Origin: an uncultured archaeon
GTDB taxonomy: Archaea; Altiarchaeota; Altiarchaeia; IMC4; SCGC-AAA252-I15
DNA: 51,308 nucleotides
NCBI GenBank assembly: GCA_902384455.1
Contig: CABMCB010000009.1
Span: 1-51,308 of the forward strand
Direction of reading: 5' to 3'
In this document: piece after piece, positions 1-10,209 of the stretch
Position numbering within the stretch: the first letter of the stretch is position 1
How the letters are laid out: the number at the start of each line of letters is the position of its first letter
Translations under genes and position numbers: made by a program
Notes under the pieces: generated by a model
What the model was told of the DNA's origin: nothing
Seen by the model: only the letters and a program-made list of their open reading frames with translations
Databases searched by the model: none

Positions 1-213
1 GAAAGCAAAAACCCCGCCGACCAAATAACATACCCCCCAGAACAAGTAGAAGCCATGCTGTCAGACTTATTCGGAGAACCAGTAATATTCACCGAAGTCA
101 CATACATGCCATACTACAGCGCCAAAATAGTGGACGCAGAAGGCCGATTCCGCGAGGAAACATTGTTCGCCCCAAAATTCAACCAGGAGGTGCCAGCCGG
201 TGGAAGCATTTAG
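1..213 (+). CDS. 3' end of a gene paralogous to the C-terminus of the 200-1657 protein (partial, not in ORF track)
   Basis: Frame 1 is open from base 1 to TAG 211-213. It reads ...PADQITYPPEQVEAMLSDLFGEPVIFTEVTYMPYYSAKIVDAEGRFREETLFAPKF..., which matches AVDEPRYGS...LMYMPYYRCRFVDSSGETKGWEVLVAPRF in the next ORF. Confidence 0.8.
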   Translation, partial: ESKNPADQITYPPEQVEAMLSDLFGEPVIFTEVTYMPYYSAKIVDAEGRFREETLFAPKFNQEVPAGGSI

Positions 214-1657
214 GATTCCGACGGGACCAGTGGACTCCAAGACGTTCGACCGCCTAGTATCCGCGTTCATAGAAAAAATGGGGTTCGAAATAGTCTCCAA
301 AGAGCCCCGGCTAGAAGGCGGATGGGACATGCTCGCCAAAACCACCAACCCCATGGGCGGCCGCATTTTCTCGCTGATTTATGCGTCTCCTTCTAACGAG
401 GTGGTGGGGGCGGACAAGATTCGTGAGCTTCTGGAGAGGATGCGTTTGAAGCAGGCTGCCCGGTCCGCTTACATAACGCTTGGGAGCTTTTCGGACGAGG
501 CGGTTGAGTTGTCGAAGACTTCTCCTGTCAGTTTGCTTGGAAAATACAAGCTTGTGGAGAGCGTGGAATCGCAGAAGCCGCGCGAAAGCAAAAGCGGGGA
601 CAATATCATGGAGTCGCTAAAAAGCCTTGGTTTCGACGAAAAATACTACAAAGGCGAAGTCCATGCTTTCGACCTGGGATTGTCGCTTTCGCAGGCGAAA
701 GACTACTTCGCAGGGCTCAAAAACAGGAAAAAGCCGCTAAGCCTTTTCGGCGGCAAATCGTCGCCGGCCGAGGTGGTGGGCGGGTTCGCTCCCGTGGAAA
801 TATTCCGCGTAGCCCACACTAAAACGGAGGAGGCGGAGGCGGGTCTTCTCATGTCGTCTGAGACTGAGGAGCTGGTGTTCGTCAATCTTCTTTCCGCTGA
901 ATTGTACAACGTGGTTCCCCCAAAGAAGAAGGGCAAGACTCAGACTGAGGCGGCAATAAAGAGCAGCAAGATTTTCGCGACCATACTCGACTTGCCGTTC
1001 GAATCCCGGACCACCTTACTCGAGCTTGTCACCCACGGCGACGCCCCCAAGGCGGTCCTTGACCCCCGAGTGGTGGCTCTCCTTAAGAAAAAGGAGCTGG
1101 TGGAAGTTTATGATGACGCGGAAAAGAAGGCGTCTGAGAAGCCTTTCCTGGAAGGCCTGGTTGAAAGCATCAACGAGAACATAGTCATAATAATGAACGA
1201 GCTGTTGTCCGCCATGTCCACAGGCGGAGAAGGCAAGAAAGACGACAAGAAGGAGGAGGAGAAAAAGGAGATGGTGAAAGCGAAAATTCCTTTGCCCCAC
1301 CTTGAAGGAGGAAGCTACAGCCTCCTGCAGTTCCTCGTGATAGAGAAGGGTTTGGAGGAGGATTTTGCGGTTGACGAGCCCAGGTACGGCTCGCTGGAGC
1401 TTCTGCCTCTTATGCGGCACGCGTTCAAAGGCGACGTGACGCCTCTCGGCTTAATGTACATGCCTTATTACCGCTGCCGCTTCGTCGACTCGTCAGGCGA
1501 AACAAAAGGTTGGGAGGTGCTGGTTGCTCCGCGCTTCAAGGCGTCTGAAATGAAAGCCGCCAGAGATTTCGAAGCGTCATCGCAGAAGAAGACGGCGAAG
1601 GCGAAGTGGGAAGGAAAAAGCAAGTTCAGCACGCAAAAATTCAGGGTAGTACGCTGA
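200..1657 (+). CDS. Protein with N-terminal Mrr-type (type IV restriction endonuclease-like) domain, probably catalytically degenerate, plus long unknown C-terminal region
   Basis: FDRLVSAFIEKMGF..EGGWDMLA..VVGADKIREL..AYITLGSFSDEA follows the Mrr_cat pattern, but the expected QxK is replaced by YAS. Confidence 0.7.
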   Translation: MEAFRIPTGPVDSKTFDRLVSAFIEKMGFEIVSKEPRLEGGWDMLAKTTNPMGGRIFSLIYASPSNEVVGADKIRELLERMRLKQAARSAYITLGSFSDEAVELSKTSPVSLLGKYKLVESVESQKPRESKSGDNIMESLKSLGFDEKYYKGEVHAFDLGLSLSQAKDYFAGLKNRKKPLSLFGGKSSPAEVVGGFAPVEIFRVAHTKTEEAEAGLLMSSETEELVFVNLLSAELYNVVPPKKKGKTQTEAAIKSSKIFATILDLPFESRTTLLELVTHGDAPKAVLDPRVVALLKKKELVEVYDDAEKKASEKPFLEGLVESINENIVIIMNELLSAMSTGGEGKKDDKKEEEKKEMVKAKIPLPHLEGGSYSLLQFLVIEKGLEEDFAVDEPRYGSLELLPLMRHAFKGDVTPLGLMYMPYYRCRFVDSSGETKGWEVLVAPRFKASEMKAARDFEASSQKKTAKAKWEGKSKFSTQKFRVVR

Positions 1658-1725
1658 AAACGCACCTAATCATAGAGCGTTCATCAGTGGGGCCGATCAT
1701 AGTGCATTAACGAGAATAAAATACG

Positions 1726-4092
1726 TCATCCGCTTGTTTGCGCATTAGTGCTCTGTTTACGTTGATACGCTATCTTTAGGGTGTCGCTGATTTGCATCCA
1801 TAGGAAAGTATACGCCCAGACGAACAGCACGAATCGGGGCTCTAGTTTTGGCATAAACACTCCGAACAACGCAAGCATAGAAGCTAGTATCTGCGTCCCT
1901 ATTAAGGCGGATAAAAGCGTTTTGCTCGGCATTGATTTGTACCATGCATTCTCAGCCCTTGCCACAAGCAACAGGAAATGCCCTCCAATCGAAAGCTTGA
2001 GGAAAAAGGCCGTCTGAATCGCGTCTGAAGAAAGATGGAATACGTTCATCGCCAGCCAAAGCATAAGCAAGCTGCTGGCGAGTCCGACCGAGCCCAACGC
2101 CAGACTGAGTCTGGTCCTTTTGGAAAAATCTATTTTTTCAGGCCTGCTTGATATTTGGACTTTATCGAATGCTATGGCTATTATGGGCAGGTCGTTTAGT
2201 AGCGACAGGAGGATCAGCTGGAGGGGTGTGAGCGGGTAGCTGCCCAGCCATAGTCCGATAAAGAGTATCGTCATCAGAACCCTGAAGCTCTCCGATATTC
2301 TGTAGACGGAGTAATAATAGATTTTATGGATTATCTTCTTGCTCTCTACCAAGGCATCTTTTATCACCGATATGCCGGGTGAAAGTAGGACCACGTCAGC
2401 CGAACTTTTGGTCGCGTCTGTCGCGGTGCTCACCGCGATTCCTATGTTCGCCTCCTTTATGGCAGGTATGTCGTTTACTCCGTCACCCGTGACCGCGACG
2501 ATGTACTTCTCTTTAGCTCGTTTTATTACCCCGTATTTGTCTTCCGGATACAGCTCTGCGAAAACGTCATATTCTTCTATCGTCTTCAAGTCGTAACTTC
2601 TGGCGGTTTCTTTCGAAGAAAAGACTCTGCTGCCTATCCCCAAGTCCGAAGCTATCTTAGACGCGATATACCTATTATCCCCCGTAAGCATCTTCACGCT
2701 GATGTGATACTCATGAATAAATCTTATAGCCTCCTTGGCGTCGTCTCTTGGCGGGTCCAGAAGAAGTATCAAGCCTGCATATTTGTATTCCCTGGAGGGG
2801 TGCTCTTTGTAAGCTACGGCTATTATCTTGTATCCTTCCCCCGAGTATTTCCTGATTTGCTCTTCGAAGATTCTTTTGGATTCTTCATCCGGCCGATATT
2901 CAGACTCAATGACGTTGTACGCCCCTTTAATAATATCTAGCTCCTTCCCGCCCATCCTTATTTTGGCTTGGGATTTCCTGCTTTCAGAACTGGCGGGAAC
3001 AGACGAAATGACCTCATAAGGCTTGTCTATCTTCCTGTTTTCCGCCTCCTTTAGGATGGCGCCATCGATTACGTCGTTTATTGATCTGTCGCTTGCCGCG
3101 CAAGCAAGTTGTAAAAGATTTTCCTCCGTAGTGCCGTAAGGCAAAAGCATCGAGGCAGTAATCTCGTTTTTTGTTATGGTCCCAGTTTTGTCAGTGAACA
3201 ATATCTCGGTGTTCGACAAGTCTTCCAGCGAAGCAAGCCTCCTTACTACGGTGTGCTTGTTGGACAACTCGTATACGCCAATGGACGTAACCAAAGTTAT
3301 CACCGTCGGCAGCGCTATGGGGAAGCTGACTATCGCCAGACTTATCGCAAGATTCAGCACCTCCAAAAAAGGCCGCCCTACACGCAGAAAATAAACGCTA
3401 AGGACTATCATAGAAGCGACCCCTATCGCCATGAGAAACTTGGTTATTCGCAACACATCTTTCTCGACAAGACTCTGCTTTCCGTCTGTCTCAATGAACT
3501 TCAGGGTCTTGCCGAAATACGTCTGTCTGCCGGTACCCGAGACTTCGCACACTGCCTTTCCTCGTTTCACAATCGAGGTGGAAAACAACTTCTCATTTTT
3601 GCCTTTCTGGACTGGAAAAGATTCGCCAGTCAGCATTGATTCATCGACTGAAAAGTCTGAGGATTCGAGTATCACAAGGTCGGCCGGCACAACATCCCCT
3701 CTTTCCAGCACTATGATGTCTCCCGGCACTATGAGCGTCGAATCAATCAAGTATTCTTTGCCTTCGCGTATGACTTTGGACTTGATGTTCAGTATTTCTT
3801 TGAGCTTCTTTATGGAATTCTCTGCGTGATACTCATGATAAAAGGAGATGACGACGTTGACAACTAGCATAAAGAGTATTACTGCGGCGTCGTCCTCCCT
3901 TCCTGTAAGAAAAGACAGAATCAACGCCACCTCTATCATGAGCGAAACAGGTTTTACAAACCACCGTAGAAACTCGATTAATGGGCTCGTCTCCTTCTCC
4001 TTTATGTCATTTAAGCCGAATTTCGTCAGTTTGCTTTCGGCCTCGTCTGTGGAAAGTCCAGCATATGGTATTGCTTCTGAGTTGGGTTGCAT
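1726..4092 (-). CDS. P-type H+-transporting ATPase (P3A, plasma-membrane proton efflux type)
   Basis: TGES, DKTGT, MLTGDN, TGDGVND; TM4 FPIALP; YRI and LLND carry the P3A Arg and Asp residues. Confidence 0.9.
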   Translation of the reverse strand: MQPNSEAIPYAGLSTDEAESKLTKFGLNDIKEKETSPLIEFLRWFVKPVSLMIEVALILSFLTGREDDAAVILFMLVVNVVISFYHEYHAENSIKKLKEILNIKSKVIREGKEYLIDSTLIVPGDIIVLERGDVVPADLVILESSDFSVDESMLTGESFPVQKGKNEKLFSTSIVKRGKAVCEVSGTGRQTYFGKTLKFIETDGKQSLVEKDVLRITKFLMAIGVASMIVLSVYFLRVGRPFLEVLNLAISLAIVSFPIALPTVITLVTSIGVYELSNKHTVVRRLASLEDLSNTEILFTDKTGTITKNEITASMLLPYGTTEENLLQLACAASDRSINDVIDGAILKEAENRKIDKPYEVISSVPASSESRKSQAKIRMGGKELDIIKGAYNVIESEYRPDEESKRIFEEQIRKYSGEGYKIIAVAYKEHPSREYKYAGLILLLDPPRDDAKEAIRFIHEYHISVKMLTGDNRYIASKIASDLGIGSRVFSSKETARSYDLKTIEEYDVFAELYPEDKYGVIKRAKEKYIVAVTGDGVNDIPAIKEANIGIAVSTATDATKSSADVVLLSPGISVIKDALVESKKIIHKIYYYSVYRISESFRVLMTILFIGLWLGSYPLTPLQLILLSLLNDLPIIAIAFDKVQISSRPEKIDFSKRTRLSLALGSVGLASSLLMLWLAMNVFHLSSDAIQTAFFLKLSIGGHFLLLVARAENAWYKSMPSKTLLSALIGTQILASMLALFGVFMPKLEPRFVLFVWAYTFLWMQISDTLKIAYQRKQSTNAQTSG

Positions 4093-4093
4093 A

Positions 4094-5353
4094 TTACGCG
4101 TATTTTGAAAAAACGCGGGTGTACGGCTGTTTAATCTTGTTTATTTCGATTAGGAAAGTGAGTATTGCTGTCGCTATTATTGAAAATAGGATGACTGAGT
4201 ATACGATGTCTTGCATTAGCTGGCCGTTTAAGATGCCTGCCTGTAAGGGTAATGACGCAAGTACTGCCGCAGCCAAACCTTTAGGCACGATTACTGCTGC
4301 GAGGGAGGCGTCCAGCTTGGGCGTTGTCTTATTCATTGACAGGCGTACGATAGGAATTCGGATAGTGAACATAATGAGCGTAAACAGCAGCCCAACAATG
4401 ATTATGTTTAAGGCGTTCAGGCGGATGGACAAACCAAGGTAAACAAAGAAGAATGTCTTAAGGAGGAACACCACCTCTGCAAAAAACGTTTTCTCAGTCT
4501 TGTTTAAGCTAATCGGCTGAAACTGTATTGCTCTACCTCCGACCAAAGGTAGCTTTAGGCCGTGACTGCTGACGAAAGGAATGCTTCGAATGTTTCCCAG
4601 CGTAACGCCGAATGTGAGGGATGCTATTGCGCCGCTGTACCCCAGCATCTCTGTCATGCCGTAAATGATGAAAACAAAAGCCGGAGTTAGAAAAATACTG
4701 TTTTCTAGGCGGCGTATAGTGGACAAAATAGACGCCCACAAGAGGGCGAAAAACCCGCCTATTATCGCTGCAAGAAAAAAGGAGGCGATAATATTTCCAA
4801 AAATCCCGATCGGCTTCAAATCATTAGATGTCGCTGCCTGAATCAGTGCCAAAGTCACGACTATACATAAGACGTCGCTGAAAGTGGACTCTAAAATCAA
4901 GCTTGTGCGCGTGCTTTCCTGAAGCCTAAGTTTCCCGACAATAGGGATTACGACCGCGGAAGACGTGCCGCCAAGTATCGCGCCCAAAATAAGGCCGTTG
5001 AGAATTGACATGCCGGAGGGAATCACTATCGTGGTAACGGCCATGCTTGTTACAACAAAGTTGATTACCGTCAGTTTTATTCCGCCTCCAAATGAGTTCC
5101 GCAATGTCGAAAAATTAAGCCCTATGCCGCTTTCAAACAGTATGACTACGAGAGTGATGCTGATGAAGACGTTGCCGACTTGGCCGAACGTCTCTGGAGT
5201 TATAAAACCAAATAATGGGCCTAAAAGAAGCCCTATGAAAACCAGGGGGAGAACGTCCGGAATCCTGGTTCTCTCAAACAACCCTGAAAACAGATGAGCC
5301 AGAAAAATGAGCAAGCCCACAAAAAGTATTACCGTAGAAATCTCCACAAACAA
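4094..5353 (-). CDS. Cation:proton antiporter, CPA1/NhaP-type (start may be the GTG 2 codons in)
   Basis: Many hydrophobic segments; ILFESG, GTSSAVV, LESTFSDV, PKGLAAAVLA. Confidence 0.85.
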   Translation of the reverse strand: MFVEISTVILFVGLLIFLAHLFSGLFERTRIPDVLPLVFIGLLLGPLFGFITPETFGQVGNVFISITLVVILFESGIGLNFSTLRNSFGGGIKLTVINFVVTSMAVTTIVIPSGMSILNGLILGAILGGTSSAVVIPIVGKLRLQESTRTSLILESTFSDVLCIVVTLALIQAATSNDLKPIGIFGNIIASFFLAAIIGGFFALLWASILSTIRRLENSIFLTPAFVFIIYGMTEMLGYSGAIASLTFGVTLGNIRSIPFVSSHGLKLPLVGGRAIQFQPISLNKTEKTFFAEVVFLLKTFFFVYLGLSIRLNALNIIIVGLLFTLIMFTIRIPIVRLSMNKTTPKLDASLAAVIVPKGLAAAVLASLPLQAGILNGQLMQDIVYSVILFSIIATAILTFLIEINKIKQPYTRVFSKYA

Positions 5354-5401
5354 ACCTCCCCAACCATTGCCTTTCTATTAGATGCAGACTATTAAATCGT
5401 T

Positions 5402-6778
5402 TCAGCGCGCGTACTCCAGTAGGGGTTTGAAGCTTTTTTTGCGGATAATCACGTCTGCGACCGAGTTCAGTTTATTGTTATTTGAGCAAAAAGCCACGCC
5501 TAAACCGGCATGTTCCACCATACATACGTCGTTTTCTCCGTCTCCGACCGCCATAACGCTCTTTAGGGGTATGGAGTACTGGTTGCTTAAGTGGACTAGA
5601 ACATTGCTTTTGCACAGATTATGTCTACAGACGCTTTTGCTGTTCTTAGTGTAATACGACGGTATCTTCACTTCCCCTGTGGCAACACCTTTGGAGAACT
5701 CAAGCTCGTTGGCAATAACAAAATCCGCCCCTATCTTATGCGCCACCTGGTTGGCGACGAATTCATAGCTGTCCGTGACAATCCCCACAACATACCCCCG
5801 ACCCTTCAGTTCCTTAATCACATCCCCAGTACCAGGTATCACGCTGATTTTCTCGACGACTGCAAGAAGCTGCGAAACATTCAACCCCTTCAACAGCCGT
5901 GCGACGAGTTTCGTCGTAAGAAACGGCTCATTAGTCTGAGACCTAATGCCCCTAAGCTCCTTGGAGAAATTATACTCAATCGCGGCCTTTTCTATGAAAC
6001 GCCCCATAAGAAGCGTGTTGTCCAAGTCAAATATGACCATCTTGGTCCTACCGCGAAGATTCTCTTTCACCGCATGCTCCAACGGATCCAACGCTACCTG
6101 AGAATACTCAAAAGTCTCAAACAAGTACGAAGGCCGAATCTTAGTCCTCTTAAGAATAGCCCGGGCAACGTCCGCAGACATGGGGGAAAGATGCTGCCAA
6201 TCCTTCATCTTATTGTCTATTCGGCCTATGCTAACTTCTTTCACCCTCGCCCCCAGCTGAATCATGTCGATGAGCAACCCTATGTCTACGCCATAATCAT
6301 TCTCAAACTCCACCTTCTCGAAGAAACTGCGTTTCCCCGCAATAATCCCGCTCAAAGGCTGGGCAAACAACGAAGCCTCCGGCAGAAGCAAGTTCAAAAG
6401 CGGCTTCGCCATCAACTCCGTCACCCTACCCGCCTGACGCTCGAAAGTGCTCTTAATGAAATCGGCCTCATCGTCCAACAAAGGGCGTATAAGCCGTTCA
6501 ACCACATCCGGCTCGTAATTGGCGATGTCGCCGTCGAGGAAAACCAAAAAATCCCCTTTGGAAACCATGAGGCCTTCAAGCATCGAAATGCCTTTCCCCC
6601 TCTTGGTGCTAACTATGACTGTTGCGCCCGCCTGTTTTGCGTTAGCCACAGTGTCGTCTGTGGAACGGTCGTCGACGACGATGACTTCTTTTACGGCCGG
6701 GTTTTTCTTCGCCAGGGAGACTACGCTTGCTATTGTTTTTTCTTCATTTAGAACTGGTATTATTACGGAAACCTTCAT
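5402..6778 (-). CDS. Fusion of glucosyl-3-phosphoglycerate synthase-like GT-A domain and SerB-like HAD phosphatase
   Basis: N-half: IIPVLNEEKTI, VVDDRSTD, GKG, FLDGD, GRVTELMAKPLL, QPLSG, YGVDIGLLID. C-half: DLDNT, NELEF..G..TG, VGDGEND. Confidence 0.85.
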   Translation of the reverse strand: MKVSVIIPVLNEEKTIASVVSLAKKNPAVKEVIVVDDRSTDDTVANAKQAGATVIVSTKRGKGISMLEGLMVSKGDFLVFLDGDIANYEPDVVERLIRPLLDDEADFIKSTFERQAGRVTELMAKPLLNLLLPEASLFAQPLSGIIAGKRSFFEKVEFENDYGVDIGLLIDMIQLGARVKEVSIGRIDNKMKDWQHLSPMSADVARAILKRTKIRPSYLFETFEYSQVALDPLEHAVKENLRGRTKMVIFDLDNTLLMGRFIEKAAIEYNFSKELRGIRSQTNEPFLTTKLVARLLKGLNVSQLLAVVEKISVIPGTGDVIKELKGRGYVVGIVTDSYEFVANQVAHKIGADFVIANELEFSKGVATGEVKIPSYYTKNSKSVCRHNLCKSNVLVHLSNQYSIPLKSVMAVGDGENDVCMVEHAGLGVAFCSNNNKLNSVADVIIRKKSFKPLLEYAR

Positions 6779-6921
6779 CTCACCATGTTTTTGCTTTGTT
6801 TGCCTTCGGCGATAATTTAGATGTGGGCTTTAATAAGGTTAATCAGCATGCCGTACTTTGTAAAAAGTAGCAACGTGATTGTTGATTCCGGAGCCGCATC
6901 ACCTGCTGTAAGGCGTAATCT

Positions 6922-8091
6922 TCAGCGGTATACTCCGTTTCGCAGTATCATAGGCGTTACGGCGGTGGTCAGCAAACTCATAAGGACCAGAGTCACGTAA
7001 ACGTCTTGATGTATCACCCCCTTAGTCAAACCGATGAGGGCCACAATCATGGCGACCTCCCCCCTGGGAGACATGCCGAAACCTATGACTATGGAATCCT
7101 TGTTGCTGAATCCCACAAGCTTGGATGTGAAGCCGCATCCTACGACCTTAGTCAGTACTGCGACGACGGTGAGTATAAGGAGGAATGCTATCGTTCCAGT
7201 ATTGAGCGCATGCAGGTCTGCGATTATTCCGAGAGAGACGAAGAATATGGATGCGAATATCACGTGGAAGTAATTCGATCCTTCCTTGAAGTCCAAGCTG
7301 TTCTTCAGTTTTACGTTGCCCATGGAAACCCCAGCTATAAACGCCCCGACAATGGCCGACAGCCCTATGGTTTCGGCTATCATGCTGTATAAAAAGGCGA
7401 TCGCCATCGTGTAGATGAAGGCCATTTCAGGATATCGTTTTGCCATTTTTGAGGAGTCGAACTCGACGATTTTCTTGTTGAAAAAATATTTCCCCAGCAG
7501 AGAGCCCACGACAAGAAACAGAACGGCTTTTAATAGGACTGCGATGATCGACAGGTAGTCTATGTTTCCGTCGGATATCTGATTGGTGAATGCGAGAGCC
7601 AAAAGGCTTAGTATGTCGTCTATTACAGCAGCTCCAATTATCGCTTTGGCGGCCGGCGTGCCCAGTTTGTTCATCTCCTTAAGGACGCTTGCGGTTATCG
7701 CTATGCTTGTGGCAGTAAGCGCGGTACCCACGAATACGGAAGAGACAAAGCCAAATCCAAAGTAAACTGCGGTCAAGTAGCCGCCGACCCAGGGCAATAC
7801 GACTCCGACGAGGGCTATTGCGGCGTACTTCAACCGGAATATTTCCTCAAACTTGAACTCCAAGCCGACCACGAAAAGTAGTATTATGGCGCCCAACTGC
7901 GCTATGCTTCTGACGAAATCTGTGTATGTGATCACGCCCAGGACGCTGGGGCCGATTAATAGTCCCACTATAATCTCGCTTATGACTGCTGACTGGTTTA
8001 CTCTGGACGCCAGAAGGTAGCCTACCAGCGAAAAAAACAGCAGTAGACTCATCTGGAATTCTATTCCCGGCATCAATTCTGGCAGCATCAT
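6922..8091 (-). CDS. Cation:proton antiporter, CPA2 (NapA/Kef-like)
   Basis: LLFVVGLE, ATSIAIT, AAVIDDI, GAFIAG, PRGEVA. Confidence 0.9.
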   Translation of the reverse strand: MMLPELMPGIEFQMSLLLFFSLVGYLLASRVNQSAVISEIIVGLLIGPSVLGVITYTDFVRSIAQLGAIILLFVVGLEFKFEEIFRLKYAAIALVGVVLPWVGGYLTAVYFGFGFVSSVFVGTALTATSIAITASVLKEMNKLGTPAAKAIIGAAVIDDILSLLALAFTNQISDGNIDYLSIIAVLLKAVLFLVVGSLLGKYFFNKKIVEFDSSKMAKRYPEMAFIYTMAIAFLYSMIAETIGLSAIVGAFIAGVSMGNVKLKNSLDFKEGSNYFHVIFASIFFVSLGIIADLHALNTGTIAFLLILTVVAVLTKVVGCGFTSKLVGFSNKDSIVIGFGMSPRGEVAMIVALIGLTKGVIHQDVYVTLVLMSLLTTAVTPMILRNGVYR

Positions 8092-8137
8092 TTTTGTGGA
8101 TAATCTACGAATAGCGTAATAATATTGTGCGAGCAGG

Positions 8138-9109
8138 CTAAACTCCCGTCGCGTCGCTAATTTGTAGGGCGAATATCACAGCGAGGTAGACGATGTAAAG
8201 GGCGAGCATCATAGTGCCTTCCCGCCGCCCGAACTGCTTTTTCACCACCGCTATATAGAAGAACATGGTGTTTGCCACTACCGCGAACAACAACGCAGCT
8301 ATGAAAACGTGAAGCTTAACCAAGATGGGGTTTATTACTGCGGCAGCGCCAAGCACAAGCGTCAGATTCGCCATGTTGCTTCCTATCGCATCCCCCAAAG
8401 CAAGACCGTAATGTTTTTTCCGTATCGCCTGCAAGTCAACGGACAACTCCGGCAAAGAAGTACCCACCGCAATCAATGTGGCGCCTATGAAACTTTTCGA
8501 CAATCCCAGCACGGTCGCAAGCTTGACGGCAGAGTCCACCACCAGACTAGAGCTTATTATGACGCCGATAACACCCGCAAAGAAAAGTAAAAACGAAGTA
8601 AAGCCCTCATGCCTACTTATCCGCCTCTCACTTCCACCACCAACCAACCTCTTCTTAGAAAGCATGCGGAAGGCATACCAGATGGCCAAAAGCAGAAGCA
8701 AAAAGCCCTCGTAAAAGCCGAGCGCATCCCCCGTTATCTGCGAATGAAAAAGTATGTCTACTGAAATCAGCGTGGTAAGCATCAGAACCAAAGCCAAATC
8801 AGGCAGATTCTCCTTGCCCACGCTGAATCCGTAAAGGAACGCTCCAACACCCAAAATCAAAAGTATGTTGGCGATGTTAGAACCGAAAACGTTTCCCGCA
8901 GCTATCGCACCCTGATTTGCCGCAGACGACGTAACAGAAACAGCAAGCTCCGGGAGCGAAGTGGAAACGGCCACAAGCAGCATCCCCGTAGCAAGCTGGT
9001 TTACTCCGAAGAATACTGAAAGATTCACTGCGTTGTCCACAACAAGCGACGACGACTTAGTGAGAAGAAAAAGGAATATGACCAGTACGATGAATTCAGC
9101 GAATACCAT
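8138..9109 (-). CDS. Na+/Ca2+ exchanger, CaCA family (YrbG/NCX_Mj-like)
   Basis: Two alpha repeats: STSLPEL..GNVFGSNIAN and GTSLPEL..GDAIGSNMAN. Confidence 0.92.
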   Translation of the reverse strand: MVFAEFIVLVIFLFLLTKSSSLVVDNAVNLSVFFGVNQLATGMLLVAVSTSLPELAVSVTSSAANQGAIAAGNVFGSNIANILLILGVGAFLYGFSVGKENLPDLALVLMLTTLISVDILFHSQITGDALGFYEGFLLLLLAIWYAFRMLSKKRLVGGGSERRISRHEGFTSFLLFFAGVIGVIISSSLVVDSAVKLATVLGLSKSFIGATLIAVGTSLPELSVDLQAIRKKHYGLALGDAIGSNMANLTLVLGAAAVINPILVKLHVFIAALLFAVVANTMFFYIAVVKKQFGRREGTMMLALYIVYLAVIFALQISDATGV

Positions 9110-9198
9110 AGAGAAAATTAGGTCTACACGTATAATACCTTAGCGGATGTCACGAAGAATTCTGGCATGGCAAACCTCCATAAACCAACTAAGTCCGG

Positions 9199-10149
9199 TT
9201 AAATCAATTTTTCCGCCACGGTTATGCGCCGAGTCAGACTCTTGTGGACTCTGAGGTCGTATGTTCCTAAGACTTCGAAGTCGGGTAGTTTGAATTCCGT
9301 CTCTGAAGGCGCCGCGAAAACAAGCCTTCCTCCGGGGTTAAGGTAGTCTCCCGCCTTATTTGCGAACTGCATAATGAGGTCTGCCGGCTTTCTTCCGCCG
9401 ACCGGAGAAGACCTGCCGTACGGGGGGTCTGTGACTACAGCGTCAACCTTCTCATCAAGAGAGAGAGCGTCGCCGCGAAGTATGCGCCCCGGCAATTCAA
9501 AGTGATTAAGGTTCTCCTGCGTGCCCCTCACCATCCTGCTGTCCAAGTCGTAACCCGCCAGCTGCAATCCCATCAAACCCGCCTCAATCAATATTCCGCC
9601 TGTGCCGCAGAACGGATCCATAAGTACGTCGCCTCTTTTCACCGCCGCCAGATTCACCATGCCGCGCGCCAACTTAGTATGCAAACTCATAGGCATGAAA
9701 AAAGGCCTAAATTGAGGCCTCCTTTTCCCCAGTTCTTCGGCGGTGGGTATGCTCAAGAACACTGTTCCTTCGTAGCATCCGACTTCAAAGTCTGGTTCAT
9801 CAAGGTCCACATTGTACCCTTCCTTGTGGATTAAGGCGCCCAACTCCTCCTCAATTGAATGAGACTTGCATCGCACCCTGAATCCAGACCCCTTCTGAAA
9901 CAAAGCCGAAACAGACTCCCTGATGCGCGCAAAATCATCCAAAGGAGCAAGAACCTGCCCCGCCTCCTTAGTGTAAGCAAGACGCCCTATGAACGCAGAA
10001 TCATCCACAGCCGCCTCAACAAAAAGAAGACGCTTATCACGAACGCGGCCGACGACTTTGTACTCCGCCTCCTCGCCGGCAAGAACCCCCTCTATTTCAG
10101 CGACTGGAAATTCAGGGTGCTCGCCAGACAGGTGAAAGAGGAATTCCAT
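9199..10149 (-). CDS. trm11: tRNA (guanine-10-N2) methyltransferase, archaeal Trm11/TrmG10
   Basis: LSGEHPE N-terminus, VDLDEPD (THUMP), RPFFMPMSL..LARGMVNLA, DPFCGTGG, TDPPYG, VHKSLTR. Confidence 0.88.
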   Translation of the reverse strand: MEFLFHLSGEHPEFPVAEIEGVLAGEEAEYKVVGRVRDKRLLFVEAAVDDSAFIGRLAYTKEAGQVLAPLDDFARIRESVSALFQKGSGFRVRCKSHSIEEELGALIHKEGYNVDLDEPDFEVGCYEGTVFLSIPTAEELGKRRPQFRPFFMPMSLHTKLARGMVNLAAVKRGDVLMDPFCGTGGILIEAGLMGLQLAGYDLDSRMVRGTQENLNHFELPGRILRGDALSLDEKVDAVVTDPPYGRSSPVGGRKPADLIMQFANKAGDYLNPGGRLVFAAPSETEFKLPDFEVLGTYDLRVHKSLTRRITVAEKLI

Positions 10150-10209
10150 GTGGAACCCTATATTCTTCGATAAAGCTGCTATAATACCACATTTTACTCG
10201 ATACTAAAC

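Noticed and set aside
5621-6751. 376-aa + strand ORF
   Set aside because: Antisense shadow of the motif-rich GpgS-HAD gene; no recognisable features.
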